Under the pieces are notes generated by a model. It was not told the DNA's origin. It saw only the letters and a list, made by a program, of their open reading frames with translations, and did no database searches. The position numbers and the translations under genes are program-made. Below are positions 18,971 to 26,500 of a stretch of DNA of 32,000 nt, one piece after another (positions within the stretch are counted from its first letter, which is position 1; every line of letters starts with the position of its first letter). This stretch comes from Geobacter sulfurreducens PCA (lineage in GTDB: Bacteria; Desulfobacterota; Desulfuromonadia; Geobacterales; Geobacteraceae): assembly GCF_000007985.2 (NCBI RefSeq), contig NC_002939.5, positions 2,250,001 through 2,282,000 of the forward strand, read 5' to 3'.

Positions 18971-20293
18971 ATGGACCTCTTTGATGCACCCGCTGCAGCA
19001 GAAGCCCTGAGGAATGCTCCCCTCGCCGAACGGATGCGTCCCCGCACCCTAGACGAGTACGTGGGACAGGAGCACTTGCTGGGCGAAGGGAAACTCCTGC
19101 GCCGACTGATCGAGTCGGACACTCTCACCTCCCTCATCTTCTGGGGCCCTCCGGGCTCGGGCAAAACAACCCTCGCCCGGGTCATCGCCAATGCAACAAA
19201 ATCTCACTTCATCTTCTTTTCCGCCATCCTCTCGGGAATCAAGGAAATCCGCGAGATAGTAAAGGAAGCGGAGGAGGAAAAAAAGTACCGGGGCCGCAAC
19301 ACCATCCTCTTTGTGGATGAGATCCACCGATTCAACAAAAGCCAGCAGGATGCGTTCCTCCCCTACGTGGAACGGGGAACCTTCACCATCATCGGCGCCA
19401 CCACCGAGAATCCCTCCTTCGAGGTGGTGGCGCCACTCCTCTCCCGCTGCAAGGTGCTCGTGCTCAATCCCCTTTCGCAGGAAAATGTGGAGCAGATCCT
19501 GCGGAGTGCCCTGGCCGATCCTGAACGCGGCCTCGGCGCGAGCGGCCTTGCCGCGGACGACGATGCCCTTGCCTTCATGGCAGAGCAGTCGGGCGGCGAC
19601 GGCAGGGTCGCTCTGAACACCCTGGAAACGGCAGCCCGTCTGGTAAAAAACGGCCGGATCGACCTGGAGTCCGTCCGCGAGGCGATTCAGAAAAAGCCGC
19701 TGCTCTATGACAAGGGGGGCGAAGAGCACTACAATGTGATCTCCGCGTTCATCAAGTCCATGCGCGGCAGCGATCCGGACGGCGCCCTCTACTGGCTCGC
19801 CCGCATGATCGAGGCCGGCGAGGACCCTCTCTTCATCCTGCGGCGGATGGTGATCCTGGCCAGCGAAGACATCGGCAACGCCGACCCCCGGGCGCTCCAG
19901 GTAGCCGTGGCGGCACTCCAGGGGTTTCAGCTCGTGGGCATGCCCGAGGGACGGATCATCATTGCCCAGGCCGCCACCTATCTGGCCACCGCGCCCAAGT
20001 CAAACGCCTCCTACGCCGGCATTGACGCGGCCCTGGCTGAAGTCAGGAAGAGCGGAGCCCTGCCGGTGCCGCTTCACATCCGTAATGCGCCCACACGGCT
20101 CATGAAGGACCTGGGCTACCATAAGGGGTACAAATATGCCCATGACTATGAGGCAGGCTACACGCCCCAGAACTATCTGCCGGAACGGCTTGAAGGAAAA
20201 CGATTTTATGCCCCGCGGGGGCACGGCTACGAGAAGACCATAAAAGAACGCATGGACTACATCCGCACACTGAAGGAGAACGACAGCGAATGA
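18971..20293 (+). CDS. rarA: Replication-associated recombination protein A (AAA+ ATPase RarA/MgsA)
   Basis: Trimmed to ATG 18971, since the upstream part of the track ORF overlaps the glgP 3' end. MDLFDAP...[22 protein letters not shown]...[15 protein letters not shown]...[15 protein letters not shown]. Confidence 0.9.
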   Translation: MDLFDAPAAAEALRNAPLAERMRPRTLDEYVGQEHLLGEGKLLRRLIESDTLTSLIFWGPPGSGKTTLARVIANATKSHFIFFSAILSGIKEIREIVKEAEEEKKYRGRNTILFVDEIHRFNKSQQDAFLPYVERGTFTIIGATTENPSFEVVAPLLSRCKVLVLNPLSQENVEQILRSALADPERGLGASGLAADDDALAFMAEQSGGDGRVALNTLETAARLVKNGRIDLESVREAIQKKPLLYDKGGEEHYNVISAFIKSMRGSDPDGALYWLARMIEAGEDPLFILRRMVILASEDIGNADPRALQVAVAALQGFQLVGMPEGRIIIAQAATYLATAPKSNASYAGIDAALAEVRKSGALPVPLHIRNAPTRLMKDLGYHKGYKYAHDYEAGYTPQNYLPERLEGKRFYAPRGHGYEKTIKERMDYIRTLKENDSE

Positions 20294-21249
20294 AAAAAAT
20301 CGGCATACTCACCAGCGGCGGCGACTGCTCGGGCATGAACGCCGCTATCCGGGCCGCGGTGCGCACGGCTATCCGCATGAATATCGAAGTGGTCGGTTTC
20401 CGCAAGGGCTACCTTGGGCTCATGAAGGGGGATGCCATCCCCCTGGACACCAAGGCGGTCTCGGGCATTCTCCACCGGGGGGGCACCTTTCTCCAGTCGG
20501 CTCGCTCCCCCGAGTTCAAAACACCGGAAGGACAGCGCACGGCCCTGAACAACCTGAAGGCCCTCGGCGTCGAGGGAATGGTTGTAATGGGCGGCGACGG
20601 GTCGCTCACCGGTGCCCTGGCCTTGAACCGTCTGGGATTGCCGGTGGTAGGCATTCCCGCCAGCATCGACAACGACATCCCGTTCACCGATATGGCACTG
20701 GGGGTTGACACGGCCCTCAACAACATCATCTACGCCGTTGACTGTATCAAGGACACGGCCAGCTCTCACGCGCGGGCCTTTGTCATCGAGGTTATGGGGC
20801 GCCATTCGGGCTACCTTGCCAGCATCTCCGCCATCGCCACCGGCGCCGAGTACGCACTGGTCCCCGAACGGGAATACGATCTGGCCGAGATCTGTCAGCA
20901 GTTGCGGGCACGCTACGAGGAAGGGCGCGACAATGCCATCATCATTCTGGCGGAGGGGGCCGGTCATGGCCATGAAATCGCCAACAGCATCAAGGACGCC
21001 ATCGGCTTCGAGACGCGGGTGACGGTGCTGGGTCACTACCAGCGCGGAGGCGCGCCGACGGTATTTGACCGGCTGTTGGCGAGCCGCTTGGGAAAGAAAT
21101 CAGTTGAGCTGCTGGTGACAGGCACGTGGGGAGTGATGGTGGGACTGTCCTGCAATGCAATCCTCGCCACCCCCCTGGAGGATGTCATCAAGGGTGAGAA
21201 GCGTCCTCAGGACGAGGTGCTGCGCTTGGCCGAGGTGCTGGGCGTATGA
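20290..21249 (+). CDS. pfkA: ATP-dependent 6-phosphofructokinase
   Basis: 319 aa. [22 protein letters not shown]...VMGGDGSLTGA...IPASIDND...VMGRHSGYLA. The ATG overlaps the rarA stop (ATGA at 20290-20293). Confidence 0.92.
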   Translation: MKKIGILTSGGDCSGMNAAIRAAVRTAIRMNIEVVGFRKGYLGLMKGDAIPLDTKAVSGILHRGGTFLQSARSPEFKTPEGQRTALNNLKALGVEGMVVMGGDGSLTGALALNRLGLPVVGIPASIDNDIPFTDMALGVDTALNNIIYAVDCIKDTASSHARAFVIEVMGRHSGYLASISAIATGAEYALVPEREYDLAEICQQLRARYEEGRDNAIIILAEGAGHGHEIANSIKDAIGFETRVTVLGHYQRGGAPTVFDRLLASRLGKKSVELLVTGTWGVMVGLSCNAILATPLEDVIKGEKRPQDEVLRLAEVLGV

Positions 21250-21274
21250 GGGGGGGCGGTGCCGGGCGGCCCGG

Positions 21275-21913
21275 TCACCCGAGAAGGTCTATGATCTCGC
21301 GGTGGTGCTCCATCCGGTACGCGGCGGGGAGCGGGGCCTTGTAGGCCACGAAGGGGACGCCGGCAGCCTCGGCCGACAACCGGTCCACCTCGGAATCACC
21401 CACGAACAGGGCCTCCCGTGGGCCGATGCCGAAGTGTTCGAGCACCTTCAGCAGGGGTTCCGGGTGGGGTTTTGGGTTCGTCACCCGTGACGCGGTCATG
21501 ACAATGCTGAAATAGGAGTCGAGACTGAACAACCGGAGCACCATGTCCATGGAGGTCGACCGGTTGGTGCAGACACCGAGCCCCACCCTCCCCTTCAGGG
21601 TGTCGAGGGCCTCGCGGAATCCCTCCTCCATGATCATGAGCGGGACCAGTTCCCGGTAGTCGATGGCGCCGGCACACCGGACCGCCTCCTCCCAGTCGCC
21701 GGGTGACGGGAAGAAATGGGCCAGCACCTCCCGATTGGCGTACGTGTGGAGGATGCGCATCTGCTCCTCGTTATCCCTGCTGAGCCGGGGGCGGCCCATC
21801 ATCTCCATGATCCGCTGGTAAAACGCGAGGTTCGCCTCGAATGAGTCGAACATGACCCCGTCACAATCGTAGATTACCGCCTTGATGGCCCCGCCGTTAC
21901 TGCTCACCGCCAT
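21275..21913 (-). CDS. HAD-superfamily hydrolase (phosphatase, PGP/beta-PGM-like subfamily)
   Basis: 212 aa. The motif I sequence is VIYDCDGVMFDS, followed by GVCTNRS and a late VGDSEVD motif. ATG at 21913. Confidence 0.8.
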   Translation of the reverse strand: MAVSSNGGAIKAVIYDCDGVMFDSFEANLAFYQRIMEMMGRPRLSRDNEEQMRILHTYANREVLAHFFPSPGDWEEAVRCAGAIDYRELVPLMIMEEGFREALDTLKGRVGLGVCTNRSTSMDMVLRLFSLDSYFSIVMTASRVTNPKPHPEPLLKVLEHFGIGPREALFVGDSEVDRLSAEAAGVPFVAYKAPLPAAYRMEHHREIIDLLG

Positions 21914-22202
21914 TCCTCGCCTTTTCGAGATACTCTTCCCACTCCAGGGGGAGGAGGTATTTCTTCCGGTTATTGCATTCCTTGCAGGCCGGTACCACGT
22001 TTCCCCTGCTGCTTTTGCCGCCGCGCACGATGGGAACCACGTGGTCCATGGTCAACTCTTCGGGCGGGAAATCCCCCCCGCACCAGTGGCACGTACGGCG
22101 GCTGATGACTGTCTGCCACCAGCGGCTCCGGCGCAGTTCTCGGGCTTTGTCCTTCTCCCGCCGGATCTCCTGGTCCGTCACTTCCACTACGAAATAGGTC
22201 AT
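21897..22202 (-). CDS. Small free-standing HNH endonuclease (101 aa)
   Basis: Trimmed to ATG 22202, giving MTYFVVEVTDQEIRR.... The HNH core is CHWCGG...LTMDHVVPIVRGGKSSRGNVVPACKECNNRK. The start lies 16 nt after the rnhA stop and the stop overlaps the HAD gene start by 17 nt. Confidence 0.8.
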   Translation of the reverse strand: MTYFVVEVTDQEIRREKDKARELRRSRWWQTVISRRTCHWCGGDFPPEELTMDHVVPIVRGGKSSRGNVVPACKECNNRKKYLLPLEWEEYLEKARNGGEQ

Positions 22203-22218
22203 GGCTCCCTGCCACACG

Positions 22219-22668
22219 CTACCGGCGTTCGTTCCGGTACGCATCGATGGCACGGCGCGCCAGGGCATCGCACCGCTCGTTCTCCGGGTGTCCGTTGTGG
22301 CCTCGTACCCAGACCCACCTGACCTGATGCTTCCCGGTCAGCTCCCTGAGCCGCTCCCAGAGATCACGGTTCAGGACCGGTTCCTTCTTGCTGTTCACCC
22401 ATCCCCGACGCACCCAACCGGAAAGCCATTCAGTCATCCCCTTCACCAGATATTGGGAATCGGTGGTGATCGTCACGGCACAGGGACGGCTGAGGGCTTC
22501 CAGCGCCCTGATGGCAGCGGTAAGCTCCATCCGGTTGTTGGTTGTATCGCCATCGGCGCCCGAAAGCTCCTTTTCCGCGCTGCCGTAACGCAGGATCGCG
22601 CCGTATCCCCCCACTCCGGGGTTACCACTACAGGCGCCGTCGCAGAACACCTCAACTTCTGCCGACAT
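22219..22668 (-). CDS. rnhA: Ribonuclease HI
   Basis: The track start at 22698 is a TTG. GGAGG abuts ATG 22674, so ATG 22668 is preferred. [26 protein letters not shown]...[16 protein letters not shown]...TDSQYL...[14 protein letters not shown]. Confidence 0.9.
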
Positions 22669-23305
22669 AGGCATCCTCCCCCTTGAGCAAGTCGGCAATG
22701 GCAGCCATTACCCGATCCACGATCAGTTGGTGGGTTTCCTTGCAGTCATCTCGGGCAAAAAGATCGTCCAGTTCCAGAGGGGCACCGAACACAACCATGC
22801 CCTCCTGCCCCAAGCCGGGAAACTTCCATCGGTTGAGGCCGATGAGTGCCGTGGGAATAACGGTGACCCGGGTGTCGTAGATAATCTTCCCGACCCCGCG
22901 GTTCCCCTTGCCGAGCACGCCGTCTTTGTGGCGGGTTCCTTCGGGAAAGAGCATAACCTTTTCGGTCCGGAGCAGATCGTTTATGGTCTTGCCGGCACGG
23001 ACGTCCCTGCCCCGCTTGACCGGGAAGGCACCCCACGAGCTGTAGAGAAAACGCTGGAAGGGCTTGGCAAAGAGCTCCTCCTTGGCAGGAGCCCAGACCA
23101 TTCGGAATGGATGGTAACGCAGAATCGCCCAGGGGAGAAAGATGGTCTCGTAGGCCGAGATATGGTTGGATGCGATAAGGGCTCCGCCGTCCCGGGGGAT
23201 ATGTTCCACCCCCTTGACGCGGAACCTGTTGATGAGCGATGCGTAGCTGCCGACGACGAATGCGGAAAACGTCACCCAGAACCGACGAAGAAACGATACC
23301 TTCAA
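22652..23305 (-). CDS. plsC: 1-acyl-sn-glycerol-3-phosphate acyltransferase family (PlsC-like)
   Basis: 217 aa. The acyltransferase motifs are NHISAYE (H-x4-D/E) and FPEGTRH. TTG start at 23305 with GAGAGG 5 nt upstream, and there is no in-frame ATG near the N-terminus. Confidence 0.75.
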
Positions 23306-23333
23306 ATGAGCCTCTCTGTACAGATGTTGTTAT

Positions 23334-23363
23334 CTTATAGCATGGTTCCGGAAATAACGGCAA
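23334..23363 (-). promoter_or_regulatory. Sigma-70-like promoter candidate for plsC-rnhA-HNH-HAD
   Basis: Minus strand reads TTGCCG (23363-23358), an 18-nt spacer, then TATAAG (23339-23334). It lies about 29 nt upstream of the TTG start. Confidence 0.4.
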
Positions 23364-23409
23364 CGGTAATGCTGTTCGTCACGGGAGCGCCGGATCCGAT
23401 GCCGTGCCG

Positions 23410-23450
23410 AAAAAGAACGAGGGAGGCATGTCGTGCCCCCCTCTTCTCGT
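23410..23450 (-). terminator. Intrinsic terminator closing the giant-protein operon
   Basis: Minus strand reads ACGAG-AAGAG-GGGGGCA, loop CGACA, then TGCCTCC-CTCGT, followed by TCTTTTTCGG. That gives 7+5 bp including one G-U pair and an internal bulge. It lies about 55 nt after the stop at 23506. Confidence 0.7.
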
Positions 23451-23505
23451 CATCTCTCCACGAAGGATCCGGATCAGAACGAACCGTCGATCACGGCCGC
23501 TACCA

Positions 23506-26500
23506 TCAGAGCATCTCGCCCAGATATGTCCGGATGTCGTGGCCGTCAATCCTGCCGTTGCCGTTACTATCCGGAAGGATGGAACCGGCTTCCCCCCTTC
23601 TGAGTATCTGCATGAAGTCGCCGGGCGTCACCACACCATTACCGTTTGCGTCAAAGGCATCCATAATCGATTGGGCACTGAAGCCGATGACCGCGCCCGC
23701 GGGAACATCGGAACTCCTGCGATACACTGTCACGGTGAAGGACTGGTATGCCTTCAGCCCCTTGGCGTCGGACACTTCGACCTTGACCGGATAGGTACCC
23801 GTATCCTTCGGAGTCCACTGGATGAGTCCGGTCGAGGAACTGATGCTCATCCCCGAAGGGCGTGTCACCAGCTTGTAGGTAACGGTATCGCCGTTGGGGT
23901 CCGTTGTGTTTACGTCGTACCGATAGATCTTATTGCGAATCGCCGCTGTGGCCGGGGCAGAAGTGACGACCGGCGGCAGGTTGACGACTGCAGGGATCAC
24001 TGTCCAAGCAAAGACGGTACTCGTCGAGGCGGACCCGTCACTTACGGTCACGGTCACGGTAAAGGGCCCAGCTGCCGCTGCTCCGGCAGCAGTGGTGCCG
24101 CTGATGAGCCCGGTGGACTCGTTGATGCTGAGACCGGCGGGAAGGCCCGTGGCACTGTAGAAGATCTTGTCGCCGTTGCTGTCGCTGGCTCTGATCTGGA
24201 GATTAACCGGTTTCTCTTCCCATGACGTCTGATTGCCGGGATTCGTAACTGTTGGAGCGCTGTTGCTGGTTATGACCCGCAGCGTATAGCTCTGGGTTGC
24301 CTTCAGTCCCTTCGCATCCGCCACCTCTACCGTTACCGTGTAGCTGCCAGTATCTTGGGGCGTCCACGAAATGAGGCCAGTGGAAGAACTGATGGTCATA
24401 CGCGAGGGGCGTTGGATGAGCCGGTAAGTCAGCGCATCGTTATTGGGATCAACGGCGTTGACGTCGTAGCGGTACGCCTTCTCCTTTTCCGCGATCAGGA
24501 TCGGGGAGGAAATGATCACCGGCGGCTCGTTGACGACCTGACTGTTCACGGTCCAACTGAATGTTGTACTTGACGTCGTCATGCCGTCTCCCACGGTGAC
24601 AACGACATTGTACGCCCCGGCGACGGTGGCGGTGCCACTGATGAGACCCGAACCGGAGTTGATGGCAAGGCCGGAGGGAAGGTCCGAGGCACTGTAAATG
24701 AGGCTGTCGCCGCAATTCTGGTCAGTGGCCTGGATCTGCAGACTCACGCCATTGTTCAGGGGACTGCTCTGGTTGGCAGGCTTGATCACTATCGGCGCGA
24801 CGTTGGTTTTGGTTACCACCCATGAGAACATGGTACTGCCGCTGAGGTTACCCGGGTCCTTGGCCATTATGGTCACAGGGTAGGTACCGGCGCTGCAATA
24901 AGGTATGTTACCGCTGATCAGGCCGGTTTTGCTGTTCATGGTGAGGCCCGGCGGCAGGCCGGCGGCACTGTAGGTGAGGCCGTCTCCGTTGACATCGGTG
25001 GCCTGGATTTGGAGGCTGACGCTGCCATTCTCGGGACTGGCCTGATCGGCGGGCTTGGTTACCACCGGAGCAGTCGGCGGTATGATGACCATCCAGGTAA
25101 AGGTCGTTCTGGTCGTAGCCGTTCCATCGGTCACGGAAACGGTTATCGTGTAGGTTCCCACAGTGGTGGGGATGCCGCTGATGAGACCTGTAGCACTGTT
25201 GATGCTGAGACCTGTCGGCAGCCCAGAGGCACTGTAGGTGAGGGCATCGCCATCTGCGTCGATCGCCTGGATCTGGAGGTTGACCATTACGTCCTTGTCG
25301 CTGGTCTGGTCCGCAGGCTTTATAACGGCTGGAGGCTGCTGAGGCGCCATAGTGACGGTGATGCTCACGCTCCTGGTGGCCGTGGTGTAGTTGACGGCAT
25401 CGGCGGGCGTGAAGGTGGCCGTCAGGGTGACCGGGCCCGCAGTGGAGAGAACGGTGCCGGCTGCGGGATTGTAGCTGAAGCTGCCTGCTACGTCGGCAGT
25501 GGCGTTGAGCTGGTTCGACCCGAGGACCGTGCCCGCATAGACCGCTGCCGGCTCGGCCCAACTGATGGCGGGAACGGCACGGGCGATTGCGAGTGTTCCC
25601 GTGGCGCTGCCGCTGTAGTTGGCATCGGTGACCGTGGCGACGACGGGGTAGCTCCCGGCGGCTGTCGGCGCGCTGCTGCCCCCGGCATAGGTGAGGTTGA
25701 TGCCGAGGCCAGGCGGGATCGTGCTGGCGGCAACGGCCTTTGGCGTGCCGTCATAGGTGGCGCTCAGGCCGGTGAGCGATACGGAGGCAACGGCCTTGTC
25801 AACCGTCAGGCTGACGGTGGCGCTGGCGCTGGTGTATGCGTTCGGGTCGCTCGGGGTGAAAACCACCGACAGGGTCCGGGTCCCGGCGTTGAGGACAGTG
25901 CCGGCGGCAGGGGTGTACACGAAGGTGCCGGGCACGCTCGCCGTGGCGTTGAGCTGGGTGCCGCCGAGAGCTGTCCCGTAGGTGATGGCACCAGGAGTCG
26001 CCCAACTGATGCTCGGGGTCTGCTTGACATAGGCCGTCACGGTCCAGGTAAAACTTGCGCTTCCTTTGGCGTTGGAGGGGTCGGTGGCGGTGACGGTGAC
26101 GGTGTAGGGGCTGCCGGCGGCGGCGCTGTAGTCAATGGTTCCGGTAATGGCACCCGTAGAAGCGTTGATGGCAAGGCCCGCAGGCAGGCCCGTGGCACTG
26201 TAGGTAAGAGCGTCACCATCAGGGTCGGTGCCGGCGACGGTAAGGTTGACGACCGTCCCCTCAACATTCGTGCGGTTCGCCGGAGCGATGACACCCGGCG
26301 CACGGTTCACGTCGGTCACGGTCCAGGAAAAACTCACGCTGCTGCTGGTTATCCCATCACCAACCATAACTCTTACAGAGTAGATGCCGGCAGCCGTGTA
26401 ACCCAGGGTGCCGGTGATGACTCCGGAAGATGAATTGATGCTAAGCCCCGGAGGAAGTCCCGTGGCACTGTAGGCAAGGGTGTTGTTGTCCGCATCGGAC

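Noticed and set aside
23385-23472. 8-bp inverted repeat CCGGATCC / GGATCCGG flanking the operon terminator, considered as a possible mobile-element end or larger RNA structure.
   Set aside because: The repeat is very short and largely a self-palindromic GGATCC core. There are no target duplications or mobility genes, so it is compatible with chance.
25009-26433. 474-aa plus-strand ORF inside the giant gene, plus 28903-29973(+) and 29931-31397(+) opposite the PPIase and S8 genes.
   Set aside because: The translations are Gly/Arg/Asp-rich. The opposite strand encodes well-formed Ig repeats, a parvulin core and an S8 catalytic triad.
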